Below, piece by piece: positions 1 to 8,873 of a stretch of 43,214 nt of DNA; the first letter of the stretch is position 1, and each line of letters opens with the position of its first letter. The stretch covers positions 1 to 43,214 of IMG/VR virus record IMGVR_UViG_3300020045_007770; one strand, written 5' to 3'. This DNA is from a virus. Lineage: Duplodnaviria; Caudoviricetes. A program made the translations under genes and the position numbers. The notes below the pieces were generated by a model, which had not been told where the DNA came from, did not search any database, and worked only from the letters and a program-made list of their open reading frames with translations.

Positions 1-507
1 TAGCTATTGTCAATTGTCAGTGCGTGAGAGGTCGGAAAAAATTTAAAAAATTTGGGAAACGGCCATGCATCCACTTCCAGTCGCTGAAATTTTCCCCCTC
101 CCCCTTGCCGCAACGTCCCAGCCCGCTCCGATGGCCCCTGGCGGTCACATGAGGGTAGCTGCAGGCACAATCGTCGGCGTGGAAGCTATAGCTATAACTA
201 ATGGGGCATGCGCTCGCGGCGGCTGCGGTGGTGATGGCTATTGGATCAGCCCGCGCAATAGCTATCGGGCGTGGGGGATGGTGCATGGTAGGTGCGGCTG
301 AGGGAAGGGCGATGTGGGGGTGAGCGCATGGCGCGCGCGCGGATAGCACAAATGCAATGTCCCTAGCGCACACTCTCAGCCTCCTACCCCTAGTTATTAG
401 CGGCCGGAGCACCATAGCCATAGCGCGGGTGTTATAGCTATAGCTACAGGCTAGGGCCCCTAGCGATTGTTACAATGTAAAGATAGCCTGCGGGTCACAA
501 ATAGTTG

Positions 508-535
508 TTGACATGCCGGGGCGATCGGCTATAGT
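508..535 (+). promoter_or_regulatory. sigma70-type early promoter
   Basis: TTGACA (508-513), 16-bp spacer, TATAGT (530-535), upstream of the first + strand gene with RBS GAAAGGA. Confidence 0.7.
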
Positions 536-582
536 TACATCAACGGCGGACAGGTCGCCGGCAACCGAAAGGACTAACGATC

Positions 583-738
583 ATGGCAACCTACTACCTC
601 ACCACCATTCGCAGACCCGATGGCTATGAGTTCAATAATCGGCATGAGACCAGGGAAGCTATGCTAGAATGGATGGCTGTTGCCCTGCAGGTTCTGCTTC
701 CTGGTGAAACACTGTCCTATGTGGTGGTTACGGAATGA
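583..738 (+). CDS. small early protein (51 aa, MATYYLTTIRRPDGY...)
   Basis: Translated by hand (below ORF-track cutoff); RBS GAAAGGA upstream; ATGA overlap with next ORF. Confidence 0.65.
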   Translation: MATYYLTTIRRPDGYEFNNRHETREAMLEWMAVALQVLLPGETLSYVVVTE

Positions 739-815
739 CCCCCGGCACTCACCCCGTGGACCGCATCCTCTATCTGTTCCTCATCCTCGCAATAGCTATT
801 GCAATCTGGTACTAA
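735..815 (+). CDS. 26-aa single-TM peptide (MTPGTHPVDRILYLFLILAIAIAIWY)
   Basis: Start overlaps upstream stop (ATGA); hydrophobic C-terminal stretch. Confidence 0.45.
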   Translation: MTPGTHPVDRILYLFLILAIAIAIWY

Positions 816-893
816 CTAGTCTAATGTATCCACCTAGTCCCTGTCGTGGGGGCTATAGGATGCAATCTCGCATCATCGAAAGGACTATCAATC

Positions 894-1406
894 ATGGCTA
901 CCGAATCCAAGCGTACCCCCGTCATCACAGCTGACGTTATCGACGGCAATCTCATCCTCTCATTTGCCAATGGCGAGCGGCTGGAGATTGACCCCGGCGA
1001 GTTGTCGTCAACAATCCGTGACGAAGCGCTCTTGCACGGTCTCAAGCAAAAGCTAGTCGATGCCGCTGCCATTGCCCGCAACCCCGACACGGGCGCATCG
1101 GCTACGGCTCAGGACAAATACGATGCCGTCCGGGAAATCTACGGCCGCATCACATCGCCGGATGGCACCTGGAACAAGATTCGCGCCGGTGGTGATGGTG
1201 GCGCGGGTTCGGGGTTGTTGCTGCGCGCTCTTATGAAAATGTCCGGCAAATCCCGCGCCGAGATCGAGGCTTTCCTGGCATCGAAGTCCAAGGAGGAGCG
1301 CGCCGCACTCAAGGCTGATCCGAAGGTCGCGGGCGTCATCGCGGAAATGCAACGCTCGGCGCAAAAGGTCGACACCACGGCCATGCTCGCGGGCATCCTC
1401 GGCTAA
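894..1406 (+). CDS. early hypothetical protein, paralog of 2567..3136
   Basis: ATG 894 with RBS GAAAGGA; shares LHGxxQKLxD and RALxxxSGK..I.AFLA.K blocks with 2567..3136. Confidence 0.85.
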   Translation: MATESKRTPVITADVIDGNLILSFANGERLEIDPGELSSTIRDEALLHGLKQKLVDAAAIARNPDTGASATAQDKYDAVREIYGRITSPDGTWNKIRAGGDGGAGSGLLLRALMKMSGKSRAEIEAFLASKSKEERAALKADPKVAGVIAEMQRSAQKVDTTAMLAGILG

Positions 1407-1471
1407 TCTGCATCGGAATAGAAACCACACAACGGCAGCCCTCAACCCAATGGGGGCTGTTCTCAAATGTT

Positions 1472-1720
1472 TTGGCTAATCCGATTGTTTTTTGTAATCC
1501 TCGGCCTGATATGGCTGTGGATGAATCATTAGAGGCTATGGCAACCATGGACATGCAATCATTCTTCTCCCAATGCGGCCCCTTCATGCAAGGCGGCACC
1601 GCCCCCCGTGACTCCGCAATCGTCAATGGCACCATCGCATGGTTTCAGTATGCCTACGGGGAATCGTCCTTTGACGGTAGCAAGTGGCATTTCGTTATCT
1701 ATCCGGATGGTAAACGATAG
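1472..1720 (+). CDS. hypothetical protein (start uncertain)
   Basis: ORF fills the gap before a terminator; TTG start or internal ATG at 1511. Confidence 0.45.
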   Translation: MANPIVFCNPRPDMAVDESLEAMATMDMQSFFSQCGPFMQGGTAPRDSAIVNGTIAWFQYAYGESSFDGSKWHFVIYPDGKR

Positions 1721-1740
1721 CTGCAGCTACCCCCAACTAC

Positions 1741-1763
1741 CCCGCCCATGTGGCGGGTTTTTT
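1741..1763 (+). terminator. rho-independent terminator
   Basis: CCCGCC-CATGT-GGCGGG followed by T6. Confidence 0.75.
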
Positions 1764-1777
1764 CATTGTTTGCGCAC

Positions 1778-1793
1778 ATTACTAATTTGTAAT
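1778..1793. repeat. dispersed 16-bp palindrome copy 1
   Basis: ATTACTAATTTGTAAT followed by ATGAGTGATTAAC. Confidence 0.9.
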
Positions 1794-2012
1794 ATGAGTG
1801 ATTAACTCACCATGTGTGCCGCCAACCCCTCGCCCAAACACCCCCGCCTAGCCACAGAACCGGCCCGCCGTGCCCCGTACCCGCCGCGCTCACACCATTG
1901 CCTATCCACGCCCCCGAATCGCTCCTACGCCCTCCTATCGCGTGCCCCAACTAAACCCGACGAAACCGGATAGAATGCCTACACCAGACACAAACCTACA
2001 CAAACCGGACCC

Positions 2013-2435
2013 ATGAGCACCTACAAATCCCCTGACTCCTTTGGCCCTGAATTCGAGCAGGCCCTAACCCGTGGCTTTCGTGAGGCTGGTTTGCGGTTTC
2101 GCACTCCGTCGCCGGGGCATGCAAAGGCTTTCCGCGCGAAGTTCTACCATTACTTCCGGTCGCTGAAAGATGAAAACCTCCGATTGGATTTGCTGGAAAT
2201 GTCGCAGAAAGTCCAATTGCGGCTTGACGGTGATACGCTAGTCATTGAATCCAAGGACGACGCGTGGGAACTCCAGATCATTCGTGACGCGCTGGGTTTG
2301 CGCGAAGGCTTCCATCAGAGCGGCAACGAAGGCTCGCCCGGCGTCATCGCGGCACCTGATTTGATGGGCACGCGGCTGAAACGTGAGCTAGACCAGCATC
2401 GCGCCAATCGGTCAACCCCAAAACCCGAAAAATAA
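2013..2435 (+). CDS. hypothetical protein
   Basis: 140-aa ORF with ATG start in the early region. Confidence 0.75.
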   Translation: MSTYKSPDSFGPEFEQALTRGFREAGLRFRTPSPGHAKAFRAKFYHYFRSLKDENLRLDLLEMSQKVQLRLDGDTLVIESKDDAWELQIIRDALGLREGFHQSGNEGSPGVIAAPDLMGTRLKRELDQHRANRSTPKPEK

Positions 2436-2459
2436 ACAAAATATCTCCACGGTTTTCTA

Positions 2460-2487
2460 TTGCACTCTGCACCCCCATACCTATAAT
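2460..2487 (+). promoter_or_regulatory. sigma70-type promoter
   Basis: TTGCAC-16bp-TATAAT upstream of 2567. Confidence 0.6.
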
Positions 2488-2566
2488 TGAGTCACACCAC
2501 ACGGCAACACTCACCCTTGCGTGCCAGTGGTTTTCTCAAATCCCCTTACCAATTGGAGCATTTCAA

Positions 2567-3136
2567 ATGACCGCTGAAGCACAAACCACCGCCCCCAAGT
2601 CTACCAAGACTGTCTACACCAAGGTCGCCATGGACGACGGCCGCACGGTGGAATTCCCCGGCAAGCGCAAGCTGCAAAAGGAATCGTTCGTCAATGAAGA
2701 AGGCAAACTGCAGGTGCGCCTGGACTTCGTGAACGGCGAAACCCGCATCTTCACTGTCCCGGACGCGCTGGTCGCCAAGTTCGCCCTCCACGGTGCGGAA
2801 CAGAAGCTGGGCGACGAAGGCGCAGGCTTGGATGATGTGGAAGACATCGTGCTGGCCATTGACGAACTGACCGAGCGCCTGGAAAAGGGCGAATGGGGTG
2901 TGCGTCGTGAGGCTTCTGGCTTGGCTGGCACCTCGGTTCTGGCACGCGCACTGGTCCAGTTGTCGGGCAAGACCGCCGGCGACATCAAGGCCTTCTTGGC
3001 AACCAAGACCCTGGCCGAGAAGCTCGCGCTGCGCAACAGCCCGCAGGTCTCGCCGATCATCGCACAACTGGAGTCCGCGAAGGTCAAGAAGGGTTCCTCG
3101 GTGGACACGGAAGCCCTGCTGGGCGAGCTGGCGTAA
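2567..3136 (+). CDS. early hypothetical protein, paralog of 894..1406
   Basis: RBS GGAG; own promoter and terminator; similarity to 894..1406 visible by eye. Confidence 0.88.
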   Translation: MTAEAQTTAPKSTKTVYTKVAMDDGRTVEFPGKRKLQKESFVNEEGKLQVRLDFVNGETRIFTVPDALVAKFALHGAEQKLGDEGAGLDDVEDIVLAIDELTERLEKGEWGVRREASGLAGTSVLARALVQLSGKTAGDIKAFLATKTLAEKLALRNSPQVSPIIAQLESAKVKKGSSVDTEALLGELA

Positions 3137-3208
3137 TTGCCTGGCAGCAACTAAACCACGACGCAAAGGGGAGTTCCTAGTCCTTTCGCCCTGATGTGTC
3201 GGAGTTTG

Positions 3209-3241
3209 GCCCCCTGGTTCGGAAGAGTCAGGGGGCTTTTT
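3209..3241 (+). terminator. rho-independent terminator
   Basis: GCCCCCTG...CAGGGGGC stem followed by T5. Confidence 0.7.
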
Positions 3242-3269
3242 AATTGGCGTTTTGTGGTAGATTGAGGGC

Positions 3270-3285
3270 ATTACTAATTTGTAAT
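3270..3285. repeat. dispersed 16-bp palindrome copy 2
   Basis: ATTGAGGGC-ATTACTAATTTGTAAT-CCCCACGATTAAC. Confidence 0.9.
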
Positions 3286-3338
3286 CCCCACGATTAACCC
3301 GAAAACCGCAGTTCTCGCGTGTAGTCCCCCAATCTGGA

Positions 3339-3367
3339 TTGCAAAATCCCTCGATTTACGCTATTAT
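3339..3367 (+). promoter_or_regulatory. sigma70-type promoter
   Basis: TTGCAA-17bp-TATTAT upstream of 3409. Confidence 0.6.
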
Positions 3368-3408
3368 TATTTCCATGGTGGTAGCCCCCACTATCGAAAG
3401 GACTTCCA

Positions 3409-3903
3409 ATGGCCGATTTTGACCTCAATTCGTTGCTGCCGAAGCAACTTCACCTCCCCTCAGCCCCGGCCCCGCAAGCAACCACCGGGGACAATTTCCT
3501 GGAAGACCTCCTCGCCGGGTCTATGAAGGCCCGCGAGGAGTCCCGTCGCATCGAACAGAACAAAAAGTTGATGCGCTCGACTGCAATGGAACCTCGTGAG
3601 CGTGCAGAAACCGAATCTGCCATCGCTCGCTGGGAAGCTGAGCGCCTGTGGACCCCGCAAGCCGACTCCGCGCTCTTCCAATTGCAGACATGCCTCACAT
3701 GCGGCAGTGAAAGCACTCAATTTTTGGGCATCTTCCAGCGACAGTCCAATCGCAACATGCGTGCGGATCGCTGGGCGAAGGTTGACGGCGAGCACGAAAA
3801 CACCGGATTGCCAAAGGAGGTGAAGTATGAAAACTCCTACGTGCGGCTGTGCCATACGTGTGCGCCGTTGTCAGGGTATCCGGCGAAGGGGGTGATGGTA
3901 TGA
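3409..3903 (+). CDS. hypothetical protein with putative Zn-binding CxxC pairs
   Basis: RBS GAAAGGA; CLTC and CHTC motifs. Confidence 0.8.
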   Translation: MADFDLNSLLPKQLHLPSAPAPQATTGDNFLEDLLAGSMKAREESRRIEQNKKLMRSTAMEPRERAETESAIARWEAERLWTPQADSALFQLQTCLTCGSESTQFLGIFQRQSNRNMRADRWAKVDGEHENTGLPKEVKYENSYVRLCHTCAPLSGYPAKGVMV

Positions 3904-4121
3904 CAACAATTGATCAAAACACCTTCACTTTTCATGGAGTATCATACAAAGCCGTCCCTGCGGACCCTGTCCTGCATTGCATTCACTGTGATTTCGCCTT
4001 TACAGATGCCTTTACAGGTGGGTGCTTCGTCTCTCCAGACTGTCACCCAGACCACCGCTTGGATGGTCGCACAATTGTTTGGGTACTCCAGGCAGCAGAA
4101 CCTTCGGAGACTCCCCTATGA
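3900..4121 (+). CDS. small Cys-rich hypothetical protein
   Basis: ATGA overlap with upstream gene; CIHC...C...C. Confidence 0.7.
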   Translation: MTTIDQNTFTFHGVSYKAVPADPVLHCIHCDFAFTDAFTGGCFVSPDCHPDHRLDGRTIVWVLQAAEPSETPL

Positions 4122-4333
4122 GCGGCCACTTTGACGACGAAGACCTCGCCGACACTCTTCACCCAGCCCCTTCCCCGCACCGCTTCCGCGCTGCAGTCCT
4201 CTATACCAATCGCCTGATGTCATATCCTGACTGCAGCCATCCACAACATCCCGGGTGCGTGCATTGTCAGGATGACTTCAGTGATGAAGCGAACGACATT
4301 CCCAGCAATATCATCAAAGGACTTGACGTATGA
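4118..4333 (+). CDS. small hypothetical protein
   Basis: RBS GGAG; ATGA coupling; CxHPxHPGCxxC motif. Confidence 0.65.
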   Translation: MSGHFDDEDLADTLHPAPSPHRFRAAVLYTNRLMSYPDCSHPQHPGCVHCQDDFSDEANDIPSNIIKGLDV

Positions 4334-4557
4334 CTTCAGTTTTTGTTTGCTATCGACCAGATCTTGACGGCTGGGACGAATCACCAAGGCTTGAGACTTG
4401 CACCTTCTACGGCACTGCTGAAGACGCTGAAGAGGCATGTGCCGCTGTCAATAAATTACTTGACGACCGCCATGTGTTCGGCACAAGTCTGTCCAGGTAC
4501 ATCATCTGCGAAATTCAATTGCGCCAGTTTCCTGATAACAAGGCAATCACCCTATGA
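4330..4557 (+). CDS. small hypothetical protein
   Basis: ATGA coupling at both ends; RBS AAGGA. Confidence 0.65.
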   Translation: MTSVFVCYRPDLDGWDESPRLETCTFYGTAEDAEEACAAVNKLLDDRHVFGTSLSRYIICEIQLRQFPDNKAITL

Positions 4558-4751
4558 CCCCCATTTTCCAGTGGCTCCGCAGCCTCCATGCCAAGCAAAC
4601 CCCGGCTTCCTATCAGCAAAAGCTCCTCCAGGAAGCCGAACTCCTCTCAATCTACCACAAGGCCGAAGCAGAACAGCATGACGCACTCGCCAAAATGTTT
4701 GCTGTGCGGGCTCAGAGACTTGCAGCAGCAACAAAAACGCCCGCACAGTAA
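4554..4751 (+). CDS. small hypothetical protein
   Basis: ATGA coupling with upstream gene. Confidence 0.6.
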   Translation: MTPIFQWLRSLHAKQTPASYQQKLLQEAELLSIYHKAEAEQHDALAKMFAVRAQRLAAATKTPAQ

Positions 4752-4893
4752 CCTCATTATCGCCTGGGCGCTAGGAGCACAAATCCTCTCGCGCCCTGGC
4801 CCAGGCCATTCGTGGGCACACAGCCCTAACCCCTGCTGGTTCCCTCATTGGGAATACAAACTGAAGGAAGAAAATGCACAGCAAAGTCCATAA
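4720..4893 (+). CDS. possible small phage protein (IIAWALGAQI...W...P.W...EYK)
   Basis: Fills the gap 4751-4874 and resembles small phage proteins; start codon unclear (TTG 4720 or ATG 4678). Confidence 0.35.
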   Translation: MQQQQKRPHSNLIIAWALGAQILSRPGPGHSWAHSPNPCWFPHWEYKLKEENAQQSP

Positions 4894-5131
4894 ATACATC
4901 CACGGGGCAGCCTATGGCTTCATCCTGTGGCCGGATTCGGAAGACCTGCACCATGCAAATGTGGCACAGCAAGCAGAAATGCGAACCGGCGTGCGACCTT
5001 CCAGCGCAGGGTTCTGTGGCATCACCAATGGAAAGGTGCGTTGCTGGGGTGAGAGCGGCAGTACTGGCTTGTCTGCCGCCCCTGGGGATGCGAAGGCATT
5101 GGCGGAACAGCTTGGTTTGGAGGCAGCATGA
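4874..5131 (+). CDS. hypothetical protein
   Basis: RBS AAGGA; ATGA coupling to next gene. Confidence 0.7.
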   Translation: MHSKVHKYIHGAAYGFILWPDSEDLHHANVAQQAEMRTGVRPSSAGFCGITNGKVRCWGESGSTGLSAAPGDAKALAEQLGLEAA

Positions 5132-5919
5132 CCACACAAGACAAAGTGGCACAGGCTCTGCGCACTGGCCTTGAAATGACGCAAGAGCTGCTGGCAATGA
5201 AGCACGGGGCACTTGGTGATGACTACATGCGTACCCGCAGTTATTGGGCGGCGGAGCGTGAAATCTCCGCCGCCCTTGCTGAGCACGAGGCTGCCCAGCC
5301 AGCACCAGCACAGCACGCCGGCTCCTGCCCGGCGTGCTGCAGCGACTGCAACGAGCGCGATGAGCTGATCAAAGCGGAACGGGAGATTGAGAGGCTGCGA
5401 GGCGTCCAGCTCGCACAGCAGCCGGTGAGCGAGCAGGCAGAGCGGGAGGCGTTCGAAAACTTCGCCTCAGATGACGGTGATCTCCTATCGCTGCCCAGCA
5501 TGTGGCAGCGCGATGCACGCGGAAACTACACCTACGCCTCAATGCAGGCGTCGTGGAAAGCCTGGCAAGCCCTCGCCGCCTACCGCGCCAGCCAGCAGCA
5601 ACCATCAATACAAGACCCTGCCGCTGGCGCGTTCTATCCGCAGGCCGCAGGCTGGCGTAACGATCCGTTCAATCAGCGCGTGCCGGGCGGTGCGTCAGCT
5701 ATCACACCCGAAACCAGCGAGAGCGCAGATGCGAGGGATGCGGAGCGGTATCGGTGGCTAAGGACTAGACCGCTCTGGCCGTCTGACAACCATGAATTCA
5801 ACGTCGGTTTGTGCGTTGACCTTTGGGGTGAGGATGGCTGTGGAAAGCAAGTTAGCGGTGAGGAGCTTGACAGCGCTTGCGATGCCGCCCTGGCCGCGCA
5901 GCACAAGGAGAAGGCATGA
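5128..5919 (+). CDS. mosaic hypothetical protein of phage accessory regions
   Basis: RBS GGAGG; modules EREAFE...W..WQA and RDAERYRWLR...LD.A.DAA, common in phage accessory genes. Confidence 0.75.
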   Translation: MTTQDKVAQALRTGLEMTQELLAMKHGALGDDYMRTRSYWAAEREISAALAEHEAAQPAPAQHAGSCPACCSDCNERDELIKAEREIERLRGVQLAQQPVSEQAEREAFENFASDDGDLLSLPSMWQRDARGNYTYASMQASWKAWQALAAYRASQQQPSIQDPAAGAFYPQAAGWRNDPFNQRVPGGASAITPETSESADARDAERYRWLRTRPLWPSDNHEFNVGLCVDLWGEDGCGKQVSGEELDSACDAALAAQHKEKA

Positions 5920-6251
5920 GCCAAACCTATACACCACCGTCCGAACCTGCTCAGAAATCGGCAGAATCTGTGCAGATGCCGGAGCCGGCGATCTGGATGT
6001 GGCAGCACGAGGAAACTGGGCTTGTTGGCCACACAGATTACTGGCAACTTAAGAATGGGTGGCAGAAGCAGAATCCGAGACTGAAAATCTTCGCTACCCT
6101 TTACACCGACGCCCAGCTTCAAGCCTACGGCGAAGCCAAGCGAAGGGAGGCGCTGGAAGAAGCGGCGAAGATTTGCGAGGAATCGGCGCGCAACGGCTTC
6201 AGCAGTGCGCCATGGACGATTCGTCAACTCATCAACAAGGAAACCTCATGA
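5916..6251 (+). CDS. hypothetical protein
   Basis: RBS AAGGAG; LYTxAQL.AYG...ALEEAA..C module. Confidence 0.7.
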   Translation: MSQTYTPPSEPAQKSAESVQMPEPAIWMWQHEETGLVGHTDYWQLKNGWQKQNPRLKIFATLYTDAQLQAYGEAKRREALEEAAKICEESARNGFSSAPWTIRQLINKETS

Positions 6252-6502
6252 CCCCCACCCTAACCCCCTGGTTCCCGCCCGAAGTCAAGCCTGTGCGTGT
6301 TGGCTGGTATGTGGCGACACTTTGGCCCAAATACCATCCGGCCCCGGCTCTCCACCAGTTCCGTAGGTATTGGAATGGGGAGAGATTCTCAATAGCCGTA
6401 CACCACAAGGACTCGCCTTTCGGATGCAGTTTGGCCATGCACCACACAGATCACTACGCCCCCTATGTTTACTGGTCCGGCTCAACCGTGGAGATTACCT
6501 AA
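6248..6502 (+). CDS. hypothetical protein (LTPWFPPEVKPVRVGWY)
   Basis: RBS AAGGA; ATGA coupling. Confidence 0.7.
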   Translation: MTPTLTPWFPPEVKPVRVGWYVATLWPKYHPAPALHQFRRYWNGERFSIAVHHKDSPFGCSLAMHHTDHYAPYVYWSGSTVEIT

Positions 6503-6503
6503 A

Positions 6504-6674
6504 ATGCTCGAATCAATCATTAACATCCTCGTCAGGCGCGATGGCATGTCCCCGTCCGATGCCCGCGACCTCTTGAACGAAGCCCGCGAAGCCGTCGCCG
6601 ATGGCATGGACCCCGAAGAAGCCTGTGCGGAATTCTTCGGCCTCGAACCCGACTACATCTGGGAACTCATCTAA
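6504..6674 (+). CDS. small acidic hypothetical protein
   Basis: RBS GGAG; ends FGLEPDYIWELI. Confidence 0.7.
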   Translation: MLESIINILVRRDGMSPSDARDLLNEAREAVADGMDPEEACAEFFGLEPDYIWELI

Positions 6675-6874
6675 TGGCACGCCCAACAAACACCACCCCT
6701 TCCCGTACCAAGAACATCGCCATTCGCGGCGACCTCGCGGACAAGCTCGACATTCACCTATTCTCCGAACTGGAAGGCAAAGTCCCCTATGCCGCATACG
6801 GCAAATTCTTCAATGAATTGCTGGAGCAGTATTTCAAAACCCTTTCGCAATCTGAACAAGGACCAGCTTTGTGA
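6674..6874 (+). CDS. putative ribbon-helix-helix DNA-binding protein
   Basis: MARP start, alternating beta strand KNIAI followed by two helices; fold is inferred. Confidence 0.55.
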   Translation: MARPTNTTPSRTKNIAIRGDLADKLDIHLFSELEGKVPYAAYGKFFNELLEQYFKTLSQSEQGPAL

Positions 6875-8154
6875 CCACCGATACCAAACCCATTGGCCTT
6901 TACCCGGAGCAGGCGACAGCTGTTGCGCTTCTCTTGGACTTCATCCAAGACCCGATGCCGGCGAGCCGCTTCTTCAATTTCGTCGGCGCAGCTGGCACTG
7001 GCAAGACCTTTTGCATGCGGGAAGTAGCAGCTGCTGTCTCCAAATCCCGTGTGCAAATTGCCTGGACCGCGCCGACTAACAAAGCCGCGAAGGTCTTGCG
7101 CCGTATCGTAGGCGAAGGGCAGACTATCTTTTCCCTTCTTGGCCTTCGCATTGACAAAACAGGAGAGCTGAAGCAACTCATCGCGGGCAAGAGTCCTGAA
7201 GGTCTCAAGGACTTGGATGTTGTCTTCATCGACGAAGGTTCGATGATCAACAAAAACTTGAAGCTTGAACTCGAACGGGCGGCTGAATACAACGACTTCA
7301 AGGTTGTCACGATTGGGGACAAGTTTCAGCTGCCCCCTGTAGGTGAAGTCGAAAGCCCTATGTGGTCTTTGGGGGTTCAGGCGTCTTTGTCAGAAGTCCG
7401 GCGCCACGACAATCAAATCCTGGCTTTGGTGACGCGCATTCGCCAGCAGATCGGCAGCATTGCCCCCAACATCCAAATCAAGACTGACGCGGACGAGGCC
7501 GGTGGTGTGCACAAGCTCACACGCAAGGCCTTCCGCGAAAGCATCTACAACGCGGTATTGGCAGGGGAATTTGCCGATGGCGACCGCTCGAAGATCATTG
7601 CATGGCGCAACGTCCGAGTTTCAGAATACAACGACCTTGTCCGAGGTGCTTTGTGGGGTGCGATTGGGTACGAAACCCCTTACATGGAAGGCGAACGCAT
7701 TGTTGCAGCCGGCCCGTGCACACGCGGTGAAGATGTTTTGATGACGACCGATGAAGAAGCCGTTGTCGAAAGCGTTACCCCTTGCCGACACCCGCTGGAA
7801 CCCAAGTATCATGCCCTGGAACTTCGCGTGATGACGGAGAACAGCAAATCCGTGCGGCTTTTGGTCATCCATCCACAGTCTGTCGAAGAATTCGCTCGTG
7901 ATTCAGAAAAGCTCGCGCACGAAGCCCGTGGTATGCCGAGGCTGTGGAAGAAGTTTTGGGAGCACAAGGAACTCTTCCATGACATCAAATATGCATATGC
8001 CATCACTGCCCACCGCAGTCAGGGCTCAACTTACGAAAACGTGTGGGTTGACTACAGCGACATCCTCCTGAACCGCGCGCGGACGGAAGCGTTCCAGTGC
8101 CTCTACGTCGCAGCTTCACGTCCGACAACAAATCTGTATATGGGCGGTGGTTAA
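6871..8154 (+). CDS. SF1B DNA helicase, Dda/RecD-like
   Basis: Walker A GAAGTGKT, TAPTNKAA, Walker B IDEGSM, GDKFQLPPV, YAITAHRSQGSTY, YVAASRP. Confidence 0.92.
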   Translation: MTTDTKPIGLYPEQATAVALLLDFIQDPMPASRFFNFVGAAGTGKTFCMREVAAAVSKSRVQIAWTAPTNKAAKVLRRIVGEGQTIFSLLGLRIDKTGELKQLIAGKSPEGLKDLDVVFIDEGSMINKNLKLELERAAEYNDFKVVTIGDKFQLPPVGEVESPMWSLGVQASLSEVRRHDNQILALVTRIRQQIGSIAPNIQIKTDADEAGGVHKLTRKAFRESIYNAVLAGEFADGDRSKIIAWRNVRVSEYNDLVRGALWGAIGYETPYMEGERIVAAGPCTRGEDVLMTTDEEAVVESVTPCRHPLEPKYHALELRVMTENSKSVRLLVIHPQSVEEFARDSEKLAHEARGMPRLWKKFWEHKELFHDIKYAYAITAHRSQGSTYENVWVDYSDILLNRARTEAFQCLYVAASRPTTNLYMGGG

Positions 8155-8158
8155 TTTA

Positions 8159-8187
8159 TTGACCGCTGACCCTCACGGGTGTATTAT
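8159..8187 (+). promoter_or_regulatory. sigma70-type promoter
   Basis: TTGACC-17bp-TATTAT; palindrome copy 3 lies just downstream, at the expected +1 region. Confidence 0.65.
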
Positions 8188-8195
8188 TCCCTCAT

Positions 8196-8211
8196 ATTAC
8201 AAATTTGTAAT
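8196..8211. repeat. dispersed 16-bp palindrome copy 3 (perfect)
   Basis: CCCTCAT-ATTACAAATTTGTAAT-CCCCTCGATTAAC. Confidence 0.9.
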
Positions 8212-8245
8212 CCCCTCGATTAACATCCAACTAGGAGAACCCTGT

Positions 8246-8452
8246 ATGTCTTCTGTGATTTCCGCAAACATCCAGCTCTGGCGTCAAAAGGTCGCCGATG
8301 GCACCATTACCAAGGAGGAGCTGACCGAAGCCATCGCCGCTATCCGCAAGGAGCGTGTCGGGGCTTCGGTCAAATCCGATACCTCACGGGCGAAGAAAGC
8401 TCCGAAGGAAGCCCCCAATGTTGGGGATATGTTCAATGAATTGGGCATTTGA
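8246..8452 (+). CDS. small hypothetical protein
   Basis: RBS AGGAG; ATG 8246. Confidence 0.75.
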   Translation: MSSVISANIQLWRQKVADGTITKEELTEAIAAIRKERVGASVKSDTSRAKKAPKEAPNVGDMFNELGI

Positions 8453-8508
8453 CTCAGCCCATCCACCAGTAACCACTCCCAATCCACCACCAGCAATAAG
8501 GAATTACC

Positions 8509-8871
8509 ATGGCACGCTATACAATCGATGGCCTTCTGGCCGACATCACCCGCCTGCAGCAAGAACTCAACCAGTCCAAAAGTTCCGCCGAAAGTCAGAA
8601 GTATTCGCACTTGAGTGAGATTGCGGCCCTCAAAGAAGTCCATGCGGCAGCCCTTACCAAGTTTGAGAAGGAAAAGGCATCCTCCGAATCCCTGAAGACT
8701 TCCTATTACAACCAATACCAGGATGCCAACAAGGAACTCGACACCATCCATGACCTCTTGGACGCCCTGCCGGATGTACCCAGCCGCGAAAAGGAAGGAC
8801 AATACGGCAACACCAAGCGGCCACTGGTGACCCGGCTGGCGGCATTCTTGGCACTGCGGAAGGGGGCTTGA
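8509..8871 (+). CDS. coiled-coil hypothetical protein
   Basis: RBS AAGGA; helical heptad pattern. Confidence 0.75.
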   Translation: MARYTIDGLLADITRLQQELNQSKSSAESQKYSHLSEIAALKEVHAAALTKFEKEKASSESLKTSYYNQYQDANKELDTIHDLLDALPDVPSREKEGQYGNTKRPLVTRLAAFLALRKGA

Positions 8872-8873
8872 GT

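Noticed and set aside
17-421. ORFs in the left terminal region
   Set aside because: Low-complexity translations arising from the micro-repeats, with no RBS
1483-1503. TTTGTAATCC as a twelfth palindrome copy
   Set aside because: Only a half-site matches; the left arm is absent
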